This document shows, piece by piece, positions 11,380 to 22,310 of a DNA stretch of 23,142 nucleotides. Position 1 is the first letter of the stretch. Every line of letters begins with the position of its first letter. Source of the stretch: Octopus sinensis. Its lineage: Eukaryota. The notes under the pieces were generated by a model. It had not been told where the DNA came from and did no database searches. It saw only the letters and a list, made by a program, of their open reading frames with translations. Both the position numbers and the translations under genes were made by a program. Location: positions 1 to 23,142 of the forward strand of contig NW_021836656.1 in assembly GCF_006345805.1 (NCBI RefSeq), written 5' to 3'.

Positions 11380-13258
11380 ATGTCTAGAAATTTTATTGTT
11401 GAACGCTGGTCGCGTTCTTTTTTGGAACAACATTTTCTAGTCTGGAAACGACAGAGAAAAAAAAGAACGTTCGCACGGAAAATGCCAACGTGAAATTCGG
11501 TGAGAACGCTGCAACCACGTGCGTTAACAGCCCTGTCACCACCGCCACCACCACCACTAACAACAGCAACCACGAGACAACAACTGCTACCACCACCACC
11601 TCCCCCACCACCACCACCACTACCACGACCAACATAAATGATAAAAATAAAACTGAAACGAAAACTATTGACAAAAACAACAGCAACAACAAGAACAAAA
11701 CAATAAAAATGAACTATCTAATAGTGAAGATGCTAATACAAAAAAGTCAACAACAGTAAATTTCGCAGATATTCTTCGCCAGAAAAAGGAGATTGTTACA
11801 TTCACAAATGAAGAGCTCATAGAAACAAGAGCTCTCTTTACAACCCGTGGACAAGATTTAGTCCTGCATACACCTCAACATATAAAACAAGAAATTGAAA
11901 ATAAGACAATTGTATATAAAATTATTAGAAAAAACAAAAAACCAAATGAACAGATTACAAAAACTGATGTGGAGAAATGTTTAAAAAACATAATGAAAGA
12001 AAAAGAGTATATAAACTGGGGTCCCCAGTTTAACACAGTAGTGGTCCGCTTCCCTAACCAGGAAGTGGCAAAAGCTCACTCTACTGAGTCTCTGGGAAAT
12101 GATGAAATCATCATGGTCCCTTATTATAAAAACCAGAGGGTGAGTAGAATTACTATCAGAAATGTGCCCCGATATGCCGAACAAATGGATAACAGGGGCA
12201 ATCTGTTACCACTTGAAAAAGATCAATATTCTAGAAACAGCCGTGTACCTAAACGACAATTGGGGTGGAAAAACAGTAGTTGTGACCATCCAGATTGGGG
12301 GCCTCTATCGAGAGCCTACCCGACAAGATATACTTGGAGAATGGGCAATGCCTATATGTTATGGCAGAAGGCAAAAAGCCTAGATGCTACAAATGTGGCA
12401 GCCCCGAACATTTGATTGCCAAGTGCGATCTGGTACAGAAAAAACAAGAAAGAACAATTCAGAACAAAATAAAATCCCTTTGTTGCCAACACCAACACCA
12501 ACACACTCAATTATGGAACAACGCCAAGAAAAACAACAAACCAGCAGACAAACCCCAACAACATCACCAAGAAAAACAGTACCAACACAATCACCGTTGA
12601 CTTCACAACCAATTAAACCTGTTGAATTAACAAAAAATCGACCCACGCCCACACCCAGGACGACAATTAAAAAGACAGAAAACACTGACGAGAAGACAAA
12701 TGCTACCCCTAACACCACAACAACACAAACACCGCACAAAACATCAACAATTTATACAAGCATACATAGTGATCCTGTTCTTTTTCCTCTACCCCATACT
12801 GATACGTCGGACGACGAAAGTTCGACGGAATGGCAAATAGCCACAGGGGGTAAAAGAAAAAGATCCAAAAAATCCACCAAACAAGGAATTAAAGCAGGGA
12901 GATATCTCACTCAGGACAACATTCCCCTAGACAATCAAAAAAGTAATGAACCCGTAAAACACACACACAACTAACTGCAATAGACACAGACAATAAAGAA
13001 TTAATGGACTACATCAAATCTAACATGGTCGTCTGTGAAGATGATTTTAAGACAAACAATCATCCGCACACCACACCACCGAAACACATCAGAATTTTAC
13101 ACATAACACAAGCACAACACCACATACTGAAAACATTATTTCCGAATGCGGTAGGCGGGTATCAACGATACCTGTCGAAAAAACTATACAAACACCTCAT
13201 CAAAAACGATACAAAAGAAGAAGAAGAAAAAAATGAAACTTTTAAAATGAGTAAGTGA
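11380..13258 (+). pseudogene. LINE ORF1 (gag-like nucleic-acid-binding protein), frameshifted; start position uncertain
   Basis: Joined from track ORFs 11490, 11969, 12162, 12295, 12384 and 13004; zinc knuckle CYKCGSPEHLIAKC (C-X2-C-X4-H-X4-C) at 12385-12426; T/N-rich and T/P/Q-rich low-complexity flanks. Confidence 0.75.
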
Positions 13259-13315
13259 CCTCACTTCTTGCCTCTTGTCTCTTCTAATATAGTGTGTAAA
13301 ACACAATTTTCGTAA

Positions 13316-16300
13316 ATGTCAAGTATGCTTAAATTAGGTTGTGTGAATGCGCGTGGCTTGGCGTCGGCTTGGAAGCAAGGTTACCTTCTAAACGACATCA
13401 AGTCACTGGACGTGGATATAGTAGCTATCAGTGAAACCAGACTCAGTAAGCCGCGGGCCCTCGAGTCCATGTTTGGCAATCAATTTGACATTTATTTTTC
13501 TCCCTGTCTGCCGAACATGGGTGGTGGAGGTACTGCGGTGCTTTTTCGAAAGAGTCTAAAGGTTAAAAGTAAGAGCAATATTCCTAGACCCGGAGGGTAG
13601 GCTGGTTGTCTTGGACGTGGATGGCAGAAATGGGTGTGCATTCCGTCTGATGGCAGTTTATGCACCGTCCTTAACGGGTCGGGCGGATTTCTTCAGACGT
13701 CTAGAGGTTTTCCTGGGTACGTCTAGACCTTTACTGTTAGTAGGGGATTGGAACGCTACCTTGGACACGCATCTAGATTATGTGGGAAGGGATAGGAATA
13801 GAAGGGGGTGTAAGAGCCTCAAAGACCTGCTCAGACGTTTCCATTTGTCTGACAGGTTCCGACTCGACCATCCGAACGTGCCAACGTGGACTTGGACAAA
13901 CCGCGTCGGATCGTCGAGATCTTATCTAGATAGAATTCTATGCAGGACAGCGGATAGGGATAGTGTAGGATGTCCACAATTTAAAATAGTCAGCTACACA
14001 GATCACAAATTTGTTACGTGTACGCTCGACTTAGATAAAACACATAGGCAGGGTCCCGGTTACTGGAAACTGAACACGTCGCTGTTAGCGCGACAGGTTT
14101 ACAGGAACCGGATTAGCGAGTTAATTAAGAGGGCGCTGACGGGAGCGGTCGTTAACAACGCTGGTGGTACGCCCTGAAAATGGCAATAAAATCGGAATCA
14201 ATTAGGTTTAGCAAGGAATTAGCGATAGAACGAAATAGAGTAGAGGGAGACTTAGTTAAGAAACTAGAAGAGGCACTTACCACTGGCAGCGCAACCAACG
14301 TGCTAGCTGCGAGGATGGCCCTCGACCAACACCTCAACGCCAAGCACGAAGGTTGCGTCGTCAGAGCTAAAATGCGTGCCTTAAGGAACGAAGGGATTGA
14401 AGCTGCGCGAGAGGCCCGGGTAGCGGAGGCGCAGCGTGGCAACAGATCAACCATTCGGTCTCTAATAGATCAACAGGGATGCAGTTTACTCGAACCCGAA
14501 AGGATGTGTGAGGCCTTTCAACAGCACTTTGCTCGACTGTTTGGTGCGAGTGGTGGGTCGGAACGAGGGATGGATTTCAGTGCCTACCTGACCGACCTGC
14601 CGCGGCTCTCGGCAAGAGAGGCGGAGTGTTGTGAAAGTCCCATCACAGCCGCTGAGTGGGATGCGATGGCGGGCTGCGCGAGGGATAAGTCGCCTGGATT
14701 GGATGGTTTACCCTACGAGCTGTATTGTCGAATGCCAGACTTGTTTGGCGAACTCTTGGCATCAGTCTACTGCAACTGGCAACAAAACGGGAGAATCCCC
14801 GGTTTCGTGAGCCGAGGTGCAGTGACGTTGCTGAAGAAAGACTCAAACAAGGGGAATTTTATAGATAATTTCAGGCCCATCACTCTGCTCAACGCAGATT
14901 TGAAAATTTTGGCCAAAGTAATAGCCGAGAGGTTGGCGCTTGTCATTGGTAAACTGGTCGACAGGGCGCAAACATGCGCCGTGCCGGGCAGAACCATACA
15001 TGACAACCTCCATCTGATGCGCTACATTGTGGACAGGGTAGTTAAGGATCCTGGCATGGGTGGGGCGCTGATAAATTTGGATCAGTCTAAAGCCTTCGAT
15101 AGGGTCGACCATCGGTACTTGGCGGCCGTCCTCAGGGCGGCTGGCTTCGGTCCCGTCTTCCGCGGTTGGATCGCTGCCTTGTATAGCGGCATCCGATCGG
15201 TGATTCGGGTGAACGGTCACCTGTCTAAACCGTTTGACATCACGCGTTCGGTCCGTCAGGGGTGTCCCCTGTCGGCGCTTCTGTATGTATTGACTCTCGA
15301 GCCGCTACTGCGGAAGCTGGCGACACTGAGGGGCATCCCACGGGAACTGGGTTGCGGGACGAGCGTGTCGGCATATGCGGACGATGTCACCGTCATAGTG
15401 TCGAGCTACCAGCACATCGAGCTGGTCGGCGAGACACTAAGAAAATACGAAACGGTGACGGGAGCGAAGATTAACCCGGAAAAGTCAGTGGGTTTGCTAC
15501 TCGGCACCTGGAGAAGCAAGCCCATGCCGTCCGACTGCGGCCGGTTAAATTGCTCGGGGTCTGGTTCAGTCCGGACCTCCAAATGGATAAGAACTGGGAC
15601 GAGATCACGAGTAGAGTGGTCGCTCTCAGCCAAACATGGGCCGAGAGAAAGCTGTCTCTAAAAGGCCGGGCGGAGGTGGCGAACGCGTACATCGCATCCG
15701 TCATCGATTACCGCCTGACCGTCGTACCTTGTCCCGACTCCACCATCACCAAACTGGAACGCATACTCTTCCGCTTCCTGTGGAAGGGTGGCGTTCCGAT
15801 GGTGAGGAAGTCCATTTGCTGTCAACATCCGTTGAATGGAGGACTGGGCATGCCGTGGTTGATGATGCGCAGGCATGCGCTGAGACTGCGACATCTCTGG
15901 AAATTCATCGACGACGGTGAACAGGTGTGGGCGCCGTTTGTGAGGCGCGACTTCCCGCAGCTCGTCTCACTGACCGAACTGCAAACGTGGATCAAAAAGA
16001 GACCGAAACTGGGCGATTGGCACCGAGAGTGTCGCCAAGCTCTACAGCAGCTCTGCCGACCGGGGTCAAACTTGTGCAACTTCCAAACGACTAAAGCGTT
16101 CTATAGAGGACTAGTGGAGGGGAGGTCCGACGACACACTCGGGGCAAACCTGGGCGTCGACGAGGAATTCCTAACCCGCCTGTTCAGGACGACGTTCGGG
16201 CCGGGGCCTATGGATAACTTCCAGAAATCCCTGGCTTGGCAGTGCTATCGAGACGCACTACCTGTTCGAGAGAAGAGCTACAGACACGGTCGAAAACCAT

Positions 16301-16732
16301 CACCGGACCGACCTGCCCGAGATGCGGTCAGAGCGACGAAACCGTTCTGCACGCACTCGTGCAGTGTCCAGATATTTCAGAGCTGTGGTCCTTCGTCGAA
16401 CAGCTGTTGTCACGTGTAGGTCAGGCTCGCCTATCGGCCGAGTCTATCGTGAATATTGTTCCACCACCTTCCTTTAAACGGGAAGGGAAAACGGTTTTCG
16501 TTACGCTGATGGCTATGGCGAAAGAATGTGTGTGGTGGACGCGTTTGAAAGGACTGCAAAAAAACACCTTCCTCTCTGGTCAGTCTCTCGTCAACTTTTT
16601 CAAGTACCACTTGAAAGGAGGATGAGAATAGAGAGGAAGGCTTTGTCGAACGAATGTTTTAATAAAAAGTGGGTAAAAGTGGCAAAAATGGTCAGTATGA
16701 AAGACGACACTATTTTAAGCATAAATCTGTAA
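13316..16732 (+). pseudogene. LINE ORF2 (APE endonuclease, reverse transcriptase, CCHC zinc finger), five frameshifts, no internal stops
   Basis: NARGL, SETR, GDWNA, SYLDRI, TDH (APE); KSPGLDG, NFRPITLLNADLKILAK, LDQSKAFDRVDH, QGCPLS, YADD at 15374-15385 (RT); CPRCGQSDETVLHALVQC at 16314-16367. Confidence 0.93.
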
Positions 16733-17032
16733 CCAAAAGAGACAACGAGAAGAGGCGACTTACTCATGTGTTCTTTTTCGAACTGTCTGAGGTGACCTTG
16801 GTCTTTTTTGTAGTTTTTTCTTTCCAGGCTACACCTAAACTGTGAACCTTATATATATATACATATTGCTTTTTTATACACCACACAACCCACAGATCCC
16901 TATTGATCAAACGTTTTTTTTTTTTTTTTTTTTTTTTTTTGCCCCACCCATCCCACCTCGAAAAGAAAAAATTCTACATTGTATTTCGTCTATTTTTATT
17001 CTGTGTTTAGCCCGTGTGGCTACAATAAAAAG

Positions 17033-17033
<1 letters not shown>

Positions 17034-17105
<72 letters not shown>

Positions 17106-17107
17106 AA

Positions 17108-17157
<50 letters not shown>

Positions 17158-17327
17158 CATCTATCCATCTATCTATTATATATCTATCTATCTATCTGTC
17201 ATCTATCTATATACCTATCTATCTATCAATCTATCTATCTCATCTATCATCTATATATATATAATATATATATATTTGTCTATCTATATATCTATCTATT
17301 TATTTGTCTATCTATATATCTATCTAC

Positions 17328-17330
<3 letters not shown>
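17034..17330 (+). repeat. (TATC)n microsatellite abutting the LINE 3' end: perfect (TATC)18 to 17105, then degenerate
   Basis: Read directly from the sequence. Confidence 0.95.
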
Positions 17331-17400
<70 letters not shown>

Positions 17401-18008
17401 CATACATACAAACAAACAAACATACATGCATATAACGCTATTTAAGTAAATACATAAAACCTCATACACATATACACACACACATTTAGAGAGAGAGACA
17501 ATTAGTGAAAAAGAAAGAGAAAACAGTAGAGAGAGAAAAAGAGAGCTAAAGAGCTTATAATACAGATACCCCCCCCCCCCCACTCACACACACAAACACT
17601 CACACACACACACTCACACACACTCACACACACATTCACACACATGCACATCCAGTATACATGCCGTTGTTTTCACACACACACTAATTGAATGGAATAT
17701 TTTTCTGAGCTGCAGACAAGACAATGTTGTCTTCTAAACTCGGATTCTTCAAAGAAATACATTTGTCTCGCGTTGTAATGAAATTCCTCAGAATATTTGC
17801 AAATACGGTCTAAAGAAATTACAGCGTTTAGAAACATGTGCTTACGTAGAGGTGATGGGCAAAGATGAGGAAGGGGAATGGTTGGCAGAATTAAGTACAT
17901 GTCATATTCCGTTTTCACACATGCATGCTCTCAATGTATGGAAAATAATTTGAAGCGCGCGCACGCAGAAATACATTACATATGCGTATACACACGTAGG
18001 TATATGTG

Positions 18009-18788
18009 GCGAGCTGGCAGAAACGTTAGCAGGCCGGGCAAAATGCTTAGCGGTATTTCGTCGGCCGCTACGTTCTGAGTTCAAATTTCACCGAGCTCGA
18101 CTTTGCCTTTCATCCTTTCGGGGTCGATTAAATAAGTACCAGTTACGCACTGGTGTCGATATAATCGACTTAATCCGTTTGTCTGGCCTTGTTTGTCCCC
18201 TCTGTCTTTAGCCCTTCGTGGGTAGTAAAGAAATAGGTATTTCGTCTGCCGCTACGTTCTGAGTTCAAATTCCGCCGAGGTCGACTTTGCCTTTCATCCT
18301 TTCGGGGTCGATTAAATAAGTACTAGTTACGCACTGGAGTCGATGTAATCGACTTAATGAATTTGTCTGTCCTTGTTTGTCCTCTCTGTGTTTTAGCCCC
18401 TTGTGTGTAGTAAAGAAATAGGTATTTCGTCTGCCACTACATTCTGAATTCAAATTCAGCCGCGGTCGACTTTGCCTTTCTTCCTTTCGGGGTCGATTAA
18501 ATAAGTACCAGTTACACACTGGGGTAGATATAATCGACTTAATCCCTTTGTCTGTCCTTGTCTGTCCTTGTTTGTCCCCTCTGTGTTTAGCCCCTGTGGG
18601 TAGTAAAGAAATAGGTATTTCGTCGACCGCTACGTTCTGAGTTCAAATTCCGCCGAGGTCAACTTTGCCTTTCCTCCTTTCGGGGTCGATTAAATAAGTA
18701 CCAGTAACGCATTGGGGGTCGATATAATCTACTTGATCACTTTGTTTGTCCCCTCTATGTTTAGCCCCTTGTGTGCAGTAAAGAAATA
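18009..18788 (+). mobile_element. SINE family A tandem array: one tRNA-like head followed by four ~185-bp units
   Basis: Units start with ggtatttcgtc at 18052, 18236, 18421 and 18614; A-box-like gagctggcagaa only at 18011; each unit has a B-box-like g/aattcaaatt segment and a ccgaggtcgactttgcctttcatcctttcggggtcga Deu/Nin-like body. Confidence 0.93.
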
Positions 18789-18800
18789 TATGCATAAACA

Positions 18801-19014
18801 ACGTGGTGCTGAAAAGTTCCTGGCTTTGGGTACAAGAAAATACAACAGAATCTGTTGATTAGGATTTTCTCCGAAATATTACCGTTCTCAGATTCGAACA
18901 CTTGTTCCAGTGGTCCTACACTTTTTCTAAGCCATGTAAAAGAACTTGGAAAGTTAGGCCTCCAACCAGGCCTTTTGCGACACTCCTAAAGCGAGAAGAT
19001 TTTCAGCAACCCCT
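18801..19014. mobile_element. Mariner-type MITE, about 214 bp, with degenerate TIRs
   Basis: Left acgtggtgctgaaaagttcctggcttt (18801-18827) and right aaagcgagaagattttcagcaacccct (18988-19014) match at 20/27 positions as inverted repeats; non-coding interior. Confidence 0.65.
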
Positions 19015-19069
19015 TTTGCATTTGTATGTGTTTGTGGGTGAACAAAACCTTGCTGTGTGGTTAGAAGTT

Positions 19070-19464
19070 TGCTCGACGTCCTCGTCGAGATCCAGAGATC
19101 TTCTTGGACATGGCTCGACTTCCAGGCTGTAGTTCACCGTTCGGAATTTCTGGAACCACCGTTCATACTGGCTTACGCTTATTGTCCGATCCCCATATAT
19201 TGCATCAATATTCCTTCCCCTTCCCGTTGCGTTGTTGCTTTATTGGACTCATAAAGTAAAGTATGACGAAAACGCTCCTTTGTCCCTTACATGATAGCTT
19301 TGAAAAAAATAATTGTTAAAATCGAACTTCACTCTTCAGAACTAGCACTAAGAATAAGTATAAGGTAAAATTACTACCTGCTTTTATAGCCTGTTGATGC
19401 AAGTAGTTTATCCTGACCCCTTCCGATTTCATACAATTGCAAAAAACTGCATTATTTATGGGAT

Positions 19465-19471
<7 letters not shown>
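19070..19471 (-). mobile_element. 5' fragment of a mariner element (left TIR plus N-terminal HTH of the transposase), frameshifted
   Basis: Minus strand TA|ttggattatcccataaataatgcagttttt TIR-like end; translation KERFRHTLLYESNK/RNIDAIYGDRTISVSQYERWFQKFRTVNYSLEVEPCPRRSLDLDEDV matches the Mos1/mellifera-type N-terminus. Confidence 0.85.
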
Positions 19472-19503
<32 letters not shown>

Positions 19504-19520
19504 TGCATGTATGCATATAT

Positions 19521-19564
<44 letters not shown>

Positions 19565-19691
19565 TACATGCATACATATTTACATACATATACATGCATA
19601 TATATATATAGTTGGGTACAAAAAATTCAGGGTGAATACTTGATAATTGTAAGCACCTGTATATGCCATTTAGTGTGTGTAGGTGATAGTG

Positions 19692-19841
19692 TATATTTAT
19701 CAAAATAAAAACATGATGCAAAGGATTTAGCGGTACATATGTTTCTGGCTTATTAGACGGCTTTTATTTTGCGTCTAATAAAAGCCAGAAACATATGTAC
19801 CGCTAAATCCTTTGCATCATGTTTTTATTTTGATAAATATA
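19692..19841. other. 150-bp near-perfect inverted repeat (hairpin or foldback element)
   Basis: 19692-19749 is the exact reverse complement of 19784-19841 (58 bp); the stem continues about 10 bp with small bulges to a 9-nt loop, ttttatttt. Confidence 0.95.
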
Positions 19842-19859
19842 TATATACTCACACACACA

Positions 19860-19922
19860 CATGCATACATACATACATACATACATACATACATACATAC
19901 ATACATACATACATACATACAT
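19860..19922. repeat. (CATA)n microsatellite
   Basis: Read directly from the sequence. Confidence 0.95.
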
Positions 19923-19940
19923 GTGTATGTCTCTTTGTAT

Positions 19941-20117
19941 CTGTGTTTGTTACCCATCATCGCTGGAGAACCGGTATTCAGGTGTTTACATCCCTGTATC
20001 TAGGCTGTTTCGGCAAAACAGGCCGATGGAATAACTACCAGGCTTTAAAAAAATTCATTCGATAAACATTTCTTCAGTGCTGTGCCCCATCATGGCCGCA
20101 GTCTAATGAGTTAAACA
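19941..20117 (+). mobile_element. Diverged 3' half of SINE family B
   Basis: ctgtgtttgt...aaccggt...gtgtttacatccctgta...ttcggcaaaa...catggccgcagtctaatgagttaaaca aligns to 5281-5490; preceded by microsatellite. Confidence 0.7.
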
Positions 20118-20883
20118 AAAGAAAGACAGAAGCCAATACGCGTGTATGTGTGTGTGTGAGTGTTTGCATCTAGTATGTAGGTGTGTGTATGTGTGTTTAT
20201 GTCAATGCGTGTATATGTATATGTTTGTATATATACTTACATTGCTTAATCGCACATTGATATTTTCTGTGTGTGTATGTGTGTGTATCTAGTATGTATG
20301 TGTGTGTATGTGTCTATGTGTGTGTGTCTATGTCCGTTCATCTGTGTTTGAGAGTACGTCTGTGCTTGTCCACGTCCGCGTGTGATGTGCGTGCGCGCAT
20401 GCATGAGTGTGGGTACACTCGTACATAAAGGCGAGCAAGATCTGATTGTTCTCTCTAAACGCATCTCAGTACGTCTATTTATGGGTGTCAATAGTACCCT
20501 AGGTACATGTATTTATGGGTGCATTTGTCAATCGCAGCATAGGCGAACATTATATTCCGCCTTCCCTCCGTTATTCTGCACGCTGCGCATGTTTCTGCGT
20601 TTCTGCATTTTGCTCCCGAGAGGGTGAATGCTTTAACGCGTGTGTACTTGCATGTACGTGTGTACGTGTGTGTATATATGTGTGTGTGCACATGGTAAGT
20701 ATGTATTAATGGAGCTTACTCTTCCTCCTTCCCCTCCTTTACTTTACTTCTTTGGTGTCTTCATACATCTGCCTATGGAAGAATTTATCGATCTCTCTAT
20801 CTCTCTATCTATCTATTCATCTTAGTATCTGTCTATTATCTATCTATATGTCTGTCTATCTATCCATGTATCTATTCTTCTAT

Positions 20884-21047
20884 ATTCTGAGTTCAAATTC
20901 CGCTGAGGTCGTCTTTGCCTTTCATTCTTTCGGGGTTGATAAATAAAGTACCAGTTACGCATTGGAGTCGATGTAATCGACTTAATCCCTTTGTCTGTCC
21001 TTGTTTGTCCCCTCTGTGTTTAGCCCCTTGTGGGCAATAAACAAATA
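20884..21047 (+). mobile_element. 5'-truncated SINE family A copy within TATC-like repeats
   Basis: attctgagttcaaattccgctgaggtc...ctgtgtttagccccttgtgggcaataaacaaata; flanked by degenerate tatc/tgtc repeats upstream (about 20790-20883) and downstream. Confidence 0.9.
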
Positions 21048-21074
21048 TATCTTTCTGTTTGTCTTTTTGTCTGT

Positions 21075-21418
<344 letters not shown>

Positions 21419-21524
21419 TGATAGCCAGACAAGTAGTCAGTCAGTCAGGCAGACAGACAGACAGACAGATAGATATATACACAAGCAAGCAAACAGGCAG
21501 GTTAACAGGCAAACAGTGTGAGGG

Positions 21525-21529
<5 letters not shown>

Positions 21530-21604
<75 letters not shown>
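21530..21604. repeat. (GA)n microsatellite
   Basis: Read directly from the sequence. Confidence 0.95.
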
Positions 21605-21608
<4 letters not shown>

Positions 21609-21851
21609 AGCATTGATAGAGAGACAAGGAATAGGAGAGCCGAATAGTGATTTAGGGTGAAAATGGCTGTCAGGCAGATATATGTATATATATATATATA
21701 TATACACTGGCAGTAGCAAGAATTCAGTGGAAACAGACGTGTTATTGTGCATACATTCAAACACGAAGGCATGTTTATGTGAATTTAAATATAATAGAGA
21801 GAAGAGAGCGAAAGGTCGGGAAGGTGAGACAGGGAGACGGAGACAGAGAGG

Positions 21852-21901
<50 letters not shown>

Positions 21902-22272
21902 AGAGAGAAGGTATATTTGGATATGTGTATATGTCAACCTAGAAGCGGGTGATCGGTTTGTGTCTGTGAGGATCTTGTTCGAGGTTAGATGCAGATAGTG
22001 AGAGAGAGAGAGAGAGGCGGAGAGGAAGGTGGGGAGAGAAAGAGAGTGTGTGTAAAAGAGAGCCAGAACGAGCAAATACAGACCGTCAGGCAAACAGGCT
22101 AATTGTTTGACAGGTGTGTGTATATATGGATGCTTATATATGTTTATATGTGTGTCGGTGTGTGTATGCATATGTACATATATATATATATACCGGAGTA
22201 GACACATAAATGTGAAACAAGGTGGAAAAAAGAGTACTCAAATACCAGGGGTAGAGTAATATGCCTTATTTA

Positions 22273-22310
22273 CTGTCCGACGAACGGGAACGTGAAACTC
22301 CGAGTAACAG
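22273..22310 (+). ncRNA. Minimal type I hammerhead ribozyme motif (U4C variant), probably from a Penelope-like pLTR
   Basis: Stem I ctgt/acag; core ccgacga; stem II acg-GGAA-cgt; gaaa; stem III ctc-c-gag; cleavage triplet GUA ending at 22306. Confidence 0.7.

Larger units (their letters stand above)
11181..17033 (+). mobile_element. Apparently full-length L1/Tx1-clade non-LTR retrotransposon embedded in (TATC)n
   Basis: About 200-bp 5' UTR, ORF1 with CCHC knuckle, ORF2 with APE, the GPGYWKLNTSLL motif, RT and C-terminal CCHC, about 300-bp 3' UTR with AATAAA at 17024-17029; both ends abut TATC arrays. Confidence 0.92.

Noticed and set aside
13251-13292. GTAAGT...ctaatatAG mini-intron between ORF1 and ORF2
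   Set aside because: Only 42 nt, and splicing would still end at the TAA before the ORF2 ATG, so no fusion results.
14152-16079. Antisense and alternate-frame ORFs within LINE ORF2
   Set aside because: Expected shadow ORFs of GC-rich coding sequence, with no motifs.
17738-17952. Stop-free plus-strand frame of about 70 codons (LQRNTFVSRCNEIPQN...GEWLAELSTCHIP)
   Set aside because: No convincing splice sites or family motif; resemblance to a CR1/L2 C-terminus is too weak to call.
18052-18788. Regular repeat array resembling CRISPR
   Set aside because: Whole ~185-bp units repeat with no unique spacers, the context is eukaryotic, and there are no cas genes; it is a SINE multimer.
19471-19610. 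Apparent inverted symmetry around gcatgcatgtatgc/gcatacatgc
   Set aside because: Explained by self-complementary TA/CATG low-complexity sequence.
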